Source: an uncultured Porphyromonas sp. (GTDB lineage Bacteria; Bacteroidota; Bacteroidia; Bacteroidales; Porphyromonadaceae). From it: a DNA stretch of 64,000 nt. The first letter of the stretch is position 1; each line of letters starts with the position of its first letter. Of this stretch, positions 44,342-55,200 are shown in pieces. The notes beneath the pieces were generated by a model. It searched no databases. It was not told the origin of the DNA and saw only the letters and a program-made list of their open reading frames with translations. The stretch is taken from assembly GCF_900539155.1 (NCBI RefSeq), contig NZ_UQBE01000003.1; one strand, given 5' to 3'. A program made the translations under genes and the position numbers.

Positions 44342-47071
44342 CTAAAACTCCTGACCCATGACGATGTGAATGTTGCTACCGCCACGCTGTGAGGAGCCGT
44401 CTGGCTTGTCAAAGCCGTAGCCCCAGTCCAGTCCGAGCATACCTAGGAAGGGTAGCGTGATACGGAAGCCGACACCGGCCGAGCGCTTGAGATTGAATGC
44501 GTTAAAGCTGCTGATGTCTCGCCACGCATTACCCGCCTCAAGGAAAGCGACTGCCCATACGTTGTACTGCCCCTCAAAGAGAATCGGCACACGTAGCTCA
44601 GCCATCATACGCATATAAGCGTAGGCGTAGTCGTAGTTGCCACCAGCTATCGAACCGTTGCTGTAACCACGTAGCGGGACGGTCTCATTGAGGAAGTTGC
44701 CTACATAGCCACTCATATTGTCACCTCCCATGTAGTAGGTGCCGAAGGGTGAGCGCTTGAACGGCGTGTAGTGCCCGATGAAGCCCGCATCAAGACGACT
44801 CATTAGGACGGGCGTGTACTTGACTGTAGCAGGGTTCATAAGCGGTGTGAAGACCTTGCCGGAGAACTTCCACTTGTGATACTCGACGAAGCGGTACCGG
44901 TCGCTCGCCTTAAGGTTAGGATTGCTGTAGTCGATGCCATCCCATAGTGAGTAAGGAGGCGTGGCACTGACCGAGAGGGTAAAGGAGGAGCCTCGACGAG
45001 TGTAGATTGGGTTATCAATCGAGTTGCGAGAGAGTGCCAGCGTGAGACTGATATCATTCGCGTGCCCATTGTGGAAACCCTGAAAGGTCTCATAAACCCA
45101 GTCACGAAGGTAGTAGTGGCTGTAGTTGAGCGTAGCGTTGATACTAAACCAGTTGTCTGGCCAGTTGAGACGCTTACCGAAGCCGATGGCCGCTCCGAAG
45201 ATGTGCATTGACTGATTGGGGTTGTAGGAGTTTTCCATCAGCGACTGTCTATAGCCACCATCGTAGCCATAACCATAGCCACCGTACCCGCCATAGCCGT
45301 AGCCTCCGTATCCGCCATAACCGCCGTATCCACCGTAGTATCCGGGATAGTAGCCCATTCCTTGGGTACGGTTGTTGTAGTAACGGGTATCGATAGCGGT
45401 CTGCATGGAGTAAAAGAGCGAAGCGGAGAAGAAGTTCGGACGCTTGCCTCCAAACCAAGGATCGGAGAATTGTAGACTGAAGGAGTGATAGTAGCGACCA
45501 TTACTCATCGCATTGAAGGAGAGCGTCTGCCCGTCTCCCTGTGGGATGAGTCCTCGGTAAGCCTTCGGGTGGAAGAGGTTGTAGATAGAGAAGTTGGTGA
45601 AGTTGACACCAGCGCGTCCGATGATGCCGGCCTGCGACCAACCGAAGGAGAGCTCAAACTTGTCGTTGTTGCGTCGCTGTAGCGAGTACTCAATATCTAC
45701 GGTACCATCCTGCTGATTGGGTATCGGTGTGGGGAAGCTCTTCTCTGGATCAAAGTGCCCAAGCTGATTGAGGGTCATCCAGGAGTTCATCATATCCTCC
45801 TTGCTAAAGAGCTTTCCTGGCTTGGTATATAGCTCACGACGAATCACCTCCTCGTAGATGTCGTGGTTGCCTCGGATGATGATCTTATCTATAGTAGCTT
45901 GCGGTCCCTCTACAATACGCAGGTCTAGAGAGACCGAGTCTCCCTCGACATAAGTCTCTACTGGATCTATGCCTGAGAAGATATATCCGTTGTTATAGTA
46001 AAGACTGGTGACGGCATCCTCATCGACATAGAGACGCTTGGTCAGACGATCCTGATCGTAGACGTCTCCTTTGTGCATTCCTAGCATAGCTTCGAGGAGT
46101 GGCGTAGGAAACTTCGTATTACCGACGAAGTTGATATCCTTAATATAGTAGCGTTGCCCCTCGGCTAGTCGGATATAAATGTCGATTTGCTTGTCGTTTT
46201 TCGGGTTGCGGGCGATGGAGTCTGACAGAATCTCTGCATCACGGTAGCCCGCCTTGTGGTAAGCGTTCAGGATGTTGTGCAGATCCTCCCGATAGGCATC
46301 TTGGATGAACTTCTTGCTCTGGAAGAGCTCGAGGAGAGAGTTCCACAGGTTGCCTCGGTTGAGTCGGAAGGTCTCGTTTGTCTTCTTCATCGCCTTGCGC
46401 AGCTCGGTGTCGGAGAGTGCTTTGTTTCCTGAGAAGTAGATGTTTGCTACTTTCGTTTTGTACTTCTTATCCACGGTGATGCCGAGCTTGACATAGCCCT
46501 CACGAGATAGGTCTGGCTCCTGATCGAAGGTTACTTCCATCTCACTGTACCCCTTCTCGTTGTAGTACTTTTGGATGAGTTGCTCCGTGCGATCGAGGAC
46601 GTTTGGTGAGAGCTGCATACTCTCTCGTAGTCCCGTCTTCGTCTCTAGGTCTTCCTGCTCAGACTTCTTGATGTTGTGGAAGGTGACCGATGCGATCCGA
46701 GGGTGTTGCTCTAGCTGCACCTCCAGCCACACCTTGTCGCCCACATACTTAGTGGCGAGGATGCGTGCATTGGCGAATAGCCCATTGCGTGTGAACTGCT
46801 GTACGACGGCTGTCGTTGCTGCGCCTGGTATCTCTATGCGCTCGCCCACCTTGAGACCTGTATATCCTAGCAAGACTTCTTGGTCGTAGCCTTGCGCCCC
46901 TGTGATTGTCACTCCGGCGATGGTCTTAGTGACCGGATGTGCGTAGTCTATTTGGGGGGCATAGATGGTGTCCGCAGAGCTAGTCAAGGTCTCTTGTGCA
47001 CGCACTGAGGAAATCGTCAGAGGCGTCATAAGAGCTATGAGAGCTATGAGTATGTTGTGGTATCGTTGCAT
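44342..47071 (-). CDS. bamA: Outer-membrane protein assembly factor BamA (POTRA x5 plus beta-barrel) with a Gly-Tyr repeat insertion
   Basis: ~910 aa. N-terminal POTRAs, C-terminal barrel ending ...NIHIVMGQEF. Carries the low-complexity insert GMGYYPGYYGGYGGYGGYGGYGYGGYGGYGYGYDGGY, encoded at ~45240..45360. Confidence 0.9.
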   Translation of the reverse strand: MQRYHNILIALIALMTPLTISSVRAQETLTSSADTIYAPQIDYAHPVTKTIAGVTITGAQGYDQEVLLGYTGLKVGERIEIPGAATTAVVQQFTRNGLFANARILATKYVGDKVWLEVQLEQHPRIASVTFHNIKKSEQEDLETKTGLRESMQLSPNVLDRTEQLIQKYYNEKGYSEMEVTFDQEPDLSREGYVKLGITVDKKYKTKVANIYFSGNKALSDTELRKAMKKTNETFRLNRGNLWNSLLELFQSKKFIQDAYREDLHNILNAYHKAGYRDAEILSDSIARNPKNDKQIDIYIRLAEGQRYYIKDINFVGNTKFPTPLLEAMLGMHKGDVYDQDRLTKRLYVDEDAVTSLYYNNGYIFSGIDPVETYVEGDSVSLDLRIVEGPQATIDKIIIRGNHDIYEEVIRRELYTKPGKLFSKEDMMNSWMTLNQLGHFDPEKSFPTPIPNQQDGTVDIEYSLQRRNNDKFELSFGWSQAGIIGRAGVNFTNFSIYNLFHPKAYRGLIPQGDGQTLSFNAMSNGRYYHSFSLQFSDPWFGGKRPNFFSASLFYSMQTAIDTRYYNNRTQGMGYYPGYYGGYGGYGGYGGYGYGGYGGYGYGYDGGYRQSLMENSYNPNQSMHIFGAAIGFGKRLNWPDNWFSINATLNYSHYYLRDWVYETFQGFHNGHANDISLTLALSRNSIDNPIYTRRGSSFTLSVSATPPYSLWDGIDYSNPNLKASDRYRFVEYHKWKFSGKVFTPLMNPATVKYTPVLMSRLDAGFIGHYTPFKRSPFGTYYMGGDNMSGYVGNFLNETVPLRGYSNGSIAGGNYDYAYAYMRMMAELRVPILFEGQYNVWAVAFLEAGNAWRDISSFNAFNLKRSAGVGFRITLPFLGMLGLDWGYGFDKPDGSSQRGGSNIHIVMGQEF

Positions 47072-47156
47072 TGTTGTAATTAGCAAGGGGCTGATAGGTC
47101 TTTGTTCTGTTAAGTAGCGTTAGGTCTGTCGTAATCTATTCAGATGAGGCACTAGT

Positions 47157-47879
47157 CTATGCATCCTCGTCTATCTTGCCAAAGCGTCTCTGGCGTGAAG
47201 CATAGTCCTCTAGTGCTTTGTCTAGTGCAGTCTCATCAAAGTCAGGCCATAATATGTCAGTGAAGTAAAGCTCCGTGTACGCCATCTGGAGCAAAAGGAA
47301 GTTAGATAGTCTCTGCTCTCCGCCTGTGCGAATGAGCAGGTCGGGCATCGGCATATCTCGGGTGTAAAGGTAATCATTTATCAAGTCTTGACGAAGCAAG
47401 TCCGCCTCGCTACAGCGTCCAGACTGCACGTCATCAACTATCTGTCGAATTGCGTAGCTCACCTCTGTGTAGGCGGAGTAGCTGAGAGCTATCGTAAGGG
47501 TGATGCGCTTACCTACTCTCGTCTGCTCCATGGCGTCTCTGAGCTGCTGAGCGACTTGAGGCGGGAGCTGGTCTAGGTCTCCGATGGCTCGTAGACGTAC
47601 TCCCTCTCGTACGAAGCGATCTGCGTACTGACAGAGAGCCTCGGCGAGGAGCTGCATGATGTAGTCGACCTCGCTCTTGGGTCGCTGCCAGTTCTCAGTA
47701 CTGAAGGCGTAAACGGTGAGATAGGGTATGCCTCGCTCCGCCACCGCATTGAGGATCGTCTCCAGTGTGTCGACGCCTTGCTTGTGACCGAAGCTTCGCG
47801 ACACACCTTGTCGCTGTGCCCAGCGCCCGTTGCCATCCATAATTATGGCGATATGTTGTGGTGTCTGTCGTGTCATCAT
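47157..47879 (-). CDS. uppS: Isoprenyl transferase (undecaprenyl-diphosphate synthase)
   Basis: HIAIIMDGNGRWA...RSFGH; 240 aa. Confidence 0.95.
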   Translation of the reverse strand: MMTRQTPQHIAIIMDGNGRWAQRQGVSRSFGHKQGVDTLETILNAVAERGIPYLTVYAFSTENWQRPKSEVDYIMQLLAEALCQYADRFVREGVRLRAIGDLDQLPPQVAQQLRDAMEQTRVGKRITLTIALSYSAYTEVSYAIRQIVDDVQSGRCSEADLLRQDLINDYLYTRDMPMPDLLIRTGGEQRLSNFLLLQMAYTELYFTDILWPDFDETALDKALEDYASRQRRFGKIDEDA

Positions 47880-48607
47880 CGTGGTGTCTGCCAGTTAGCG
47901 TAGTCGGCTCCGTGGCAGGGCTCACTGCGCTTGCCAAATTCGTAGGTGATACTCACCGTCAGACCAATCAGCGCATCGCCCCCCTTAATCCAGTCTGCCG
48001 GCATCCCATAGGGGTTATTGAGCCAAGCGGTCTCATCCGTCGGGGTATCTAGGTGCGAACTTATATAGTAGATTCCTTGTAGCGAAGCTATCAAGTTCAG
48101 ACGGTTGTGTAGCTTGTACTTGATACCGGTCTTGATACCTGCGCCAGGGAGGACCGCCATATGGCGTGCTGCTAGCGTAGTCCCGACGCTTAGCCCCGCC
48201 CCTATGTAGGGTACCAGTGAGCGCGTCTGCAGGTAGCGATACTTATCGCTGTAGTGAGCGAAGTTGTACTCGACCCAGCCGTCCAGGGAGAGCAGGTGCG
48301 AAGCACCACGACTAGCCAAGTCAGCTCTCCTGACCTGTGGGTAGTCAGTCTGGGCATAGCGACAGTCGAATGGCAGGTAACTGTACCCCAACTCCCCCAA
48401 GAATGCTAGTCGGAAGTTGTGATTATAGCGAAAGGCTGCGCCCCCCGTTCCACCAATTGGTACAAAGGGGATGCGTCGATTCGCCTCTCCCAGATAGGAA
48501 GCTGCCCCCACATATCCGCCCACCTCGTAGCGGTACTCCTGCGCTGTCAGCGAGACAGTGCAGAGCAGCAAGAGGAGAGGAGCCAGCAGGCTAGAGCGGG
48601 TCAGCAT
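47876..48607 (-). CDS. DUF6089-like outer-membrane beta-barrel protein
   Basis: Signal peptide, 243 aa, Tyr/Gly-rich strands. Conserved position upstream of uppS-bamA in Bacteroidales. Confidence 0.6.
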   Translation of the reverse strand: MLTRSSLLAPLLLLLCTVSLTAQEYRYEVGGYVGAASYLGEANRRIPFVPIGGTGGAAFRYNHNFRLAFLGELGYSYLPFDCRYAQTDYPQVRRADLASRGASHLLSLDGWVEYNFAHYSDKYRYLQTRSLVPYIGAGLSVGTTLAARHMAVLPGAGIKTGIKYKLHNRLNLIASLQGIYYISSHLDTPTDETAWLNNPYGMPADWIKGGDALIGLTVSITYEFGKRSEPCHGADYANWQTPR

Positions 48608-48625
48608 AAAGTCAGCAATCGGATA

Positions 48626-49999
48626 CTACTGAAAGCGAATAGGCTGACCGACCCACAGCGTAGGAGCTCCACCCTTTAGTCCACCAAAGAGATAGATATG
48701 CCCATCATCGCCACGGTATAGTGCCAAGCCACGCTGATGCGTCTGAGAAGGGTCATAGTACAGGGCAGGCAGGATAGACTCCTCTGTCAGACGCTGCCAT
48801 ACGGTACCGTAGTCGAGCGATACATAGACTCGCATCGCAGGCGATGTCGCTTGCTTAGGCTGTGTAGCAGGCTTGAGCAGTAGGATTGTCTTGTCTTGGG
48901 GCTCGTAGACCATACAGCCTGGGAGCTTGCTCGGCCAAACCTTGCTCACGCGCTTAGCGTCGTGCGGGGTGAGCCAGTCCAGTCCGTTAGAGGTGCTATA
49001 GACAAGAGCTGTCGTGTCAGCGACGGAGCCACCTATGAGTAGCTCTACGGGGTGATGCTCGATGGTAAGTGAGAGGCGAGCATTGTCCTCTAGGGGGAAG
49101 GTCTGCGGTATGCGTACACCGCTCTCACTGTTGAAGTGCAGGCCGTCGGCGGACTGGACCGCTATGAGGGGCTTATTCTCGCCCCTGTAGTATAGGTTGC
49201 CCAAGAGGTGAGAGGCTTTACCTGACAAAGCGTTGCTCTGCGCCCAGTCGCCCCCATTGGCATGACTGTAGACTACGCACTGTCCACTCTTCTGCAGACA
49301 GATGATAGCGTCACTACCGCCCTGAGCTGCAATGTCCATGATAGGCGAGTCCAGTGTCGTCGTTATCGTCACTTCTTGCCATATCTCAGGTGACTTATGA
49401 GAGGCACGCCATAAATGTTGCTCAGTGGCTGTCCGAGCGAAGTAGTAGTACGCCTGACCGTTGTCCACAAGACGACTCAGGAGTAGGTCATCCCTCGTGG
49501 CAGTTGCTGGAGCAGGGTGCGCCGATTCCGTCCAGCGGTGGGTGTATGGGTCACGGTCATAGATGTTTATCTTGAGCTGATACTCTTTTGTCAAGGCCGT
49601 ATTCTTACGATGCTGCATTACGATGCGCACACCCTCGGCGTGTTTGGACATATTGACCGTGTCAAGACCAGACGTAGAGGGTTGCTCCACGCCCCCGATG
49701 TACACCTTGGCGAGGGCATCAGGCGAAGCTGTAATCTGTAGCTTGACCCGACCAATCTTAGTCCCCTTGGGCAGTGGTCGAGCATTGTATATCAATCCCT
49801 TACGATGATCTATGGAGAAGGTCGTCTTCTCCAGCTCAGGTAGGGACTGGTCGCTCATCTGCAGTCCTGTGATTAGGACGCTCTCTACGTTGACATCCTC
49901 GACAAGAGACTTGCGCTGGCAGGAGGGCAAGCTCATCAGTGGTAGCAGAGCTACAGCTATGAGTAGGTACTTATGGAGAGATTGTATTGTGCGAATCAT
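48626..49999 (-). CDS. Conserved hypothetical lipoprotein (beta-propeller-like; DUF6242-type position)
   Basis: Start at MIRTIQSLHKYLLIAVALLPLMSLPSCQ, a lipobox LPSC. ~457 aa, beta-rich. Confidence 0.55.
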   Translation of the reverse strand: MIRTIQSLHKYLLIAVALLPLMSLPSCQRKSLVEDVNVESVLITGLQMSDQSLPELEKTTFSIDHRKGLIYNARPLPKGTKIGRVKLQITASPDALAKVYIGGVEQPSTSGLDTVNMSKHAEGVRIVMQHRKNTALTKEYQLKINIYDRDPYTHRWTESAHPAPATATRDDLLLSRLVDNGQAYYYFARTATEQHLWRASHKSPEIWQEVTITTTLDSPIMDIAAQGGSDAIICLQKSGQCVVYSHANGGDWAQSNALSGKASHLLGNLYYRGENKPLIAVQSADGLHFNSESGVRIPQTFPLEDNARLSLTIEHHPVELLIGGSVADTTALVYSTSNGLDWLTPHDAKRVSKVWPSKLPGCMVYEPQDKTILLLKPATQPKQATSPAMRVYVSLDYGTVWQRLTEESILPALYYDPSQTHQRGLALYRGDDGHIYLFGGLKGGAPTLWVGQPIRFQ

Positions 50000-50062
50000 A
50001 TAGAATACTTGATATGAAGACAAAGATACTACTTCCCTCGAAAATAACCACCGATATTGAAG

Positions 50063-50130
50063 AATTACACAGAGCTGACGCATCGTAATCGATCTGTCAG
50101 GAGCTACAGATAGCGACCAGCGAGGAGTGG
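50063..50130 (+). repeat. Family-G module, copy 2 (gagctgacgcatcgtaatcgatctgtcaggagctacagatagcgaccagcgaggagtgg)
   Basis: Matches 58694..58760 and 12030..12064. Confidence 0.7.
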
Positions 50131-50204
50131 AGAGGTAGATAAACTCATTATATATGATGAGTCTCCCCTGTACGACACCCTCTGATAGTTCCGACCCCTC
50201 CGCT

Positions 50205-50285
50205 AGCTCTGATAGCTCTGATAGCTCCGATAGCTCCGATAGCTCTGATGACTCTGATAGCTCCGATAGCTCTGATAGCTCTGAT
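50205..50285 (+). repeat. 9-bp minisatellite (AGCTCYGAT) x9
   Basis: Nine head-to-tail units with C/T variation at one position, directly upstream of the CTCTAA leader of element copy C. In frame it reads (SSD)n, inside a 45-codon micro-ORF 50154..50291. Confidence 0.85.
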
Positions 50286-50294
50286 TCCTAATCC

Positions 50295-50550
50295 CTCCCC
50301 TCTAATCTCTAATTTCTAACCTCTAATCTCTAATTACCCTCTTTTTTCGAATATCCACGTGGGAAATCTCAAATCTCCACGTGGATATTTTTTATTTTCC
50401 ACGTGGGCGTGATTCATTTCCTCCGAAGTTTCATTTGATTCCTCCGAGGAATTTTTTCTTCCCCACGTGGAAAATAAAAATTCTCCACCTGGATATTTCA
50501 AATTCTCCACGTGGAAATCCGTTTCCCCCGACATAGTGCCGTATCGATAG
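50295..50550 (+). repeat. CACGTG triple-hairpin element, copy C (full length; one CACCTG variant site)
   Basis: Leader atccctcccctctaatctctaatttctaacctctaatctctaattaccctc, three hairpin modules, then tail gaaatccgtttcccccgacatagtgccgtatcgatag. Confidence 0.85.
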
Positions 50551-50619
50551 AAGGTCGTACCTTTGCTCTCGTGCTATAGCCGTCAGGCGGAGCCTTTTTT
50601 TGTCGTAATCCTAAGTCAG

Positions 50620-51909
50620 ATGAAGCAACCCCCACTTTCCGCACCTAAGCACCTCTGCCAGAGATTGTGGTCTATGGTCAGAGGTAATAGACTAGTCCTT
50701 GAGAACTTTCTCTCTCTCGGACTAATCAACGTGCTGAACTCCTCCTTCCATCTGATTATCTATCCGATACTGATACATCGTGTAGGTGCTGAGGCGTACG
50801 GAGAGTACGTTTATGCATTTTCGATTGTTGCCTATTTTATCACGCTTGTGACCTACGGCTTGGATATGATTGGCACCCGCTACCTGGCTCGCTATGACCA
50901 GCAGGGTGACCTCGCGGGCAAGTCGGACATCACCTCGCTGATGCTCTCTAGTCGACTCTATCTGCTCCTGCTATCCTTCCTCCTCTTTCTGCCTATCGTC
51001 CTCTGGGTAGAAGCCCTGGCTACATACCGCAGCCTCCTGTGGGCGAGCTTCCTCTCGGTGGTGGCTTGTGTCCTAATGCCCAACTGGTACTTCATCGGCA
51101 TCCAGCGCACACGCATCTATCTCTACATACAGATTGCGGTAAAAGTGCTACTCGCTGTAGCTATCATCCTCTGGGTGCTCAGCCCTGATGATATGGCACT
51201 CTATGTCTTACTGGCGTCTGCGAGCAACATACTCTCAGCGGGTGTCTCCTTCGTCTATCTCATCTGGCGGGAGAAGCTCTCGCTCTATCTAGTATCTCTC
51301 GGCAAGAGCCTAGCACTCCTGCGCGAGGCGACGCCACTCTTTCTCTCTTACCTGGTGATGACGGTCAAGTCGGCCGGGCTCAACCTAGTCATTGGCTCAC
51401 TCTTTGGTATGACTTCCCTGACAGGTTACGACTTTTCGATGAAGATCGTCAGCGTGGTTATGTACATAACGAAGCAACTCAATGTGGCTCTCTTTCCCTC
51501 TGTCAGCACGAGCTACACGACGGAGCGCATACGCAAGATACTGCGTGGCGAGCTCCTAATGGGCATCGCCTGTATGGTGGCTCTGATGCTGATGGCTAAG
51601 CCGATTATCTGGATCATGGGCAATGGACCGATAGAAGAGCTTATCCTACCGGTCTTCTTACCGATGACGGCTCTAATCCCGATATGGCTTATCTCGGGAT
51701 TCTTCATCGAACTGGTCCTCACTGCCAATGGTCGCAATCGAGAGGTCTTCATCAACCAACTACTCTCGCTCGCGGTCATCGCACTTGGCGCGCTCGTGGC
51801 GGTACTGCTCCATGTGGAGCTGATAGCCTTTGTGGTGATTGTAATCCTATCGGGGCTGATTGAGATAGCCTTTCTCTACGCTACGGGACGACGCAGAGCG
51901 CTCATCTGA
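50620..51909 (+). CDS. MOP-superfamily polysaccharide biosynthesis / flippase protein (second copy in window)
   Basis: ~430 aa, 12-14 TM. The start is set at MVRGNRLVLENF; the track ORF starts 19 codons earlier inside the repeat-derived sequence. Confidence 0.65.
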   Translation: MKQPPLSAPKHLCQRLWSMVRGNRLVLENFLSLGLINVLNSSFHLIIYPILIHRVGAEAYGEYVYAFSIVAYFITLVTYGLDMIGTRYLARYDQQGDLAGKSDITSLMLSSRLYLLLLSFLLFLPIVLWVEALATYRSLLWASFLSVVACVLMPNWYFIGIQRTRIYLYIQIAVKVLLAVAIILWVLSPDDMALYVLLASASNILSAGVSFVYLIWREKLSLYLVSLGKSLALLREATPLFLSYLVMTVKSAGLNLVIGSLFGMTSLTGYDFSMKIVSVVMYITKQLNVALFPSVSTSYTTERIRKILRGELLMGIACMVALMLMAKPIIWIMGNGPIEELILPVFLPMTALIPIWLISGFFIELVLTANGRNREVFINQLLSLAVIALGALVAVLLHVELIAFVVIVILSGLIEIAFLYATGRRRALI

Positions 51910-51921
51910 GCCGGCTCTGTG

Positions 51922-52098
51922 GAGACTGTTGCAAAAGTCAACAGTCTCCACAATCTTGCTTGTAAGATTGTCTAGACTTTGCAGAAAGGATGAAGCGCAA
52001 GGCGCTGAGGGTGAGGTCTGAAGGGAGCATACATCCGTATGTGACCGAAGCCGAATCCCGATAGCAACACAGCGATTCGCCTTTATGCAACAGTCTAC
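51922..52098 (-). mobile_element. 175-bp MITE-like element, copy 3 (inverted orientation)
   Basis: Its reverse complement aligns end-to-end with copies 1 and 2. It carries the full hairpin gagactgttgcaaaagtcaacagtctc at its 51922-51948 end. Confidence 0.8.
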
Positions 52099-52289
52099 TA
52101 TGGAGCATCGGACTACGCACCCTCTTGTCGGAAGGTGCGGAGAGTCCCTCGCTTGAAGAGCTAATCTACCCCTCGGCTGTAACTGGCAATGCCCTCTTCG
52201 CTGGGCGCTGCGATGAATAAAAGAAAAGTGGCGACCGCTCCTCTCGAGAGAAGCAGTCGCCACTTTGGCTTATCTGTTAGGGTAGGGGA

Positions 52290-55200
52290 CTACAGCTTGC
52301 GCCGTACCTCAATCTCCTCAAAGGACTCGATGATGTCGCCCACCTCTATATTGTTGTAGTTCTTGATGTTGATACCACACTCGAGACCTGAGACCACCTC
52401 CTTGGCTTCGTCCTTAAAGCGCTTGAGAGACTCGAGCTCGCCAGTGTGGATGACTACGCCGTCGCGGATGACGCGCACCTTGTCGGTACGCTTGATCTTG
52501 CCATCGGTGACCATACAGCCCGCGATAGTGCCAATCTTGCTTACCTTGAAAGTCTGTAGCACCTCCAGATTTCCAGTGACCTGCTCGCGGATGTCTGGCG
52601 AGAGCATGCCCTCGAGGGCGTCGTGTACATCCTCGATAGCGTCGTAGATGACGGAGTAGGTGCGGATCTCGACACCCTCCTGCTCAGCGAGTTTACGTGC
52701 CTGAGCACTCGGACGAACCTGGAAGCCGATGATGATTGCGTCAGATGCCGTAGCCAGCTGGATGTCAGACTCGGTAATCTGACCGACCCCCTGGTGGATG
52801 ACACTTACCTGAATCTCCTTCGTGGAGAGCTCGATGAGTGAGTTAGCGAGTGCCTGTACGGAACCGTCCACGTCACCCTTGATGATGAGGTTAAACTGCT
52901 GGAAGTTGCCCACGGCGATACGACGACCGATGTCATCGAGGGTAAGCATCTTCTGCGTACGCAAGCCCTGCTCACGCTGTAGTTGCTCACGCTTGACCGC
53001 TAGCTCGCGAGCCTCCTGCTCACTCTCCATGACGTTGAAGTCGTCACCAGCGGTCGGTGCCCCATTGAACCCGAGGATAGAGACAGCCGTGGATAGCCCA
53101 GCGGTGTCGACACGCTTGTTGTACTCGTTGTACATAGCCTTGACACGTCCGTAGTAGCTACCGGCTAGGATGTAGTCTCCGATGTGAAGAGTGCCCCGCT
53201 GGATCAGGACGGATGCGAGGTAACCCTTGCCTTTGTCTAGCGAAGACTCGATGACTGAGCCAGAGGCTCGGCGATGCGGGTTGGATTTGAGCTCAAGGAG
53301 TTCAGCCTCGAGGAAGACTTTTTCGAGGAGGTCGGGGATGCCTATGTTCTTTTTGGCAGATATCTCCTGTACCTGATACTTACCACCCCAATCCTCGACG
53401 AGGTAGTTCATACCAGCGAGTTGCTCGCGAATCTTGTCAGGGTTGGCGCCGTTGACATCAATCTTATTGATTGCGAAGATAATTGGTACACCAGCGGCAC
53501 TCGCATGGTTGAGCGCCTCAATGGTCTGGGGCATCACAGCATCGTTTGCCGCAATGACGATAACCACAATATCTGTAATCTGAGCACCACGAGCACGCAT
53601 AGCGGTAAAAGCTTCGTGACCTGGTGTATCCAAGACGGTCAGACGGCGTCCATCCGAAAGGGTTACGTTGTACGCTCCGATGTGCTGCGTGATACCGCCC
53701 GCCTCGCCTGCTGTCACATCCGAACGACGGATGCAGTCCAGTAGAGAGGTCTTACCGTGGTCTACGTGTCCCATGATGGTGATGACGGGTGGACGTGGCT
53801 CCAAATCCTCAGGCTTGTCTGGCTCCTCGTCGGCGGTGATAGCCTCGACGACGTTGGCAGAGACGAACTCGGTCTCATAGCCAAACTCCTCGGCGACGAT
53901 GTTGATAGTCTCAGCATCGAGACGCTGATTGATAGAAACCATCATGTCAATGCTCATACAGGTGGAGATGACATCGGTGACGGGGACGTTCATCATGTTG
54001 GCCAGGTCGCTAACCGTGACGAACTCGGTCAGCTTGAGTACCTTCTCGTCCTGCGTGGAGAGCTCTTGCTCACGCTCGAACTCGGCACGGCGTGCCTCAC
54101 GCTTCTCACGTCTAGACTTGGCAGCACGCCCGAAGACGGTCTGCTTGTTGTTGAGCCGTGCTAGCGTCTCCTTGACCTGCTTGGCTCTTAGCTCGTCCTG
54201 CTCCTCGGGAGTCAAGACTGGCTCTTGACGCTTGCTCTTACGTCCCGTGCGACGCTCATTGCGCCCTCCACGATCATCTCTCTGTGATGTCGCTGCACGA
54301 CCTCCCTTCTTGTTAGAGCGATCGTCCTGTATCTTGGCACCTTCGCTCTTGACATCGACGGCTCCTGATGAGATACGCTTGCGCTTGCGACGGCTACTCT
54401 CCTTCTCCTTGCTAGACTTGCGTGAGCGAGAGGTGCTGAAGCTACTGAGGTCTATCTTGCCGACGACCTTGAGCTGTGGCTCGTCCTCCTTCTTGGCAAT
54501 GCGGAAGATTTCTGTCTCGTTCTCCTGCGTGGTGCTGGACTTCTCCTCACCCGCGGGTTTAGCCTGTGGAGCTTGAGCGGGAGTCTTTTGTCCAGTGGTT
54601 GCTGCAGTGGTGGTCTCCTTTGCTTCAGCTACTGGCTGCTCGGAAGCCTTTGGTGCTGGCTCCGCCTTCACTGGTTCTGCTTTCTTTGCAGAAGTGGTCG
54701 GCTTAGCCTCGCTCGCTGTCGGCTCCTCCTTAGTGGCTGGTTTTGGCTCTTCGGTGGCAACTGACGCTGGCTCCTTAGCGACTCTTGACGCTGGTTTCTT
54801 GGTGGCGACTGGTGCCGGCTCCTTATCCTTGGTCACACTCTTGGCAGAAGCTCTCGGTGTGTCTGCTGGCTTAGTCTCGCTTGTCTCTTTAACTTCGGGG
54901 GCCTGCTTCGTCTCCTTCTCAGAAGTCGTGGTCTTCGTCTGCTCAGCTGTCGTGCTAGCCTTCGCTTTTGCAGGCTCTTCCTTCTTAGCCTCCTTTGGCT
55001 TGGTTGTGGCTGTGCTTTTCGGCTTCTCCGACTTGGTTGCAGTAGGCTTGGCTGGCTCCTGGGGCGTTGCTGCTGACACCGGGTTGTTGTGCTTGTCGAG
55101 CTTAATCTTACCAACGACGTTCAGCTGGGAGGTGCTGGTCGTGGTGGGGATGTCAGGTCCCTGGCTCTTTGCCTTAGGCTCTTCCGTCTCGACGGGCTGC

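Noticed and set aside
50334-50534. Minus-strand 66-aa ORF (and similar 58820..59062, 58834..59250, 58878..59096 ORFs) running through the CACGTG elements, rich in HVEN / PTW / STWGRKNSSEESN
   Set aside because: Their conservation between copies is simply DNA repeat identity. The HV/TW periodicity is produced by the CACGTG palindromes. There is no start context, and different copies break the frame differently. Treated as non-coding repeat.
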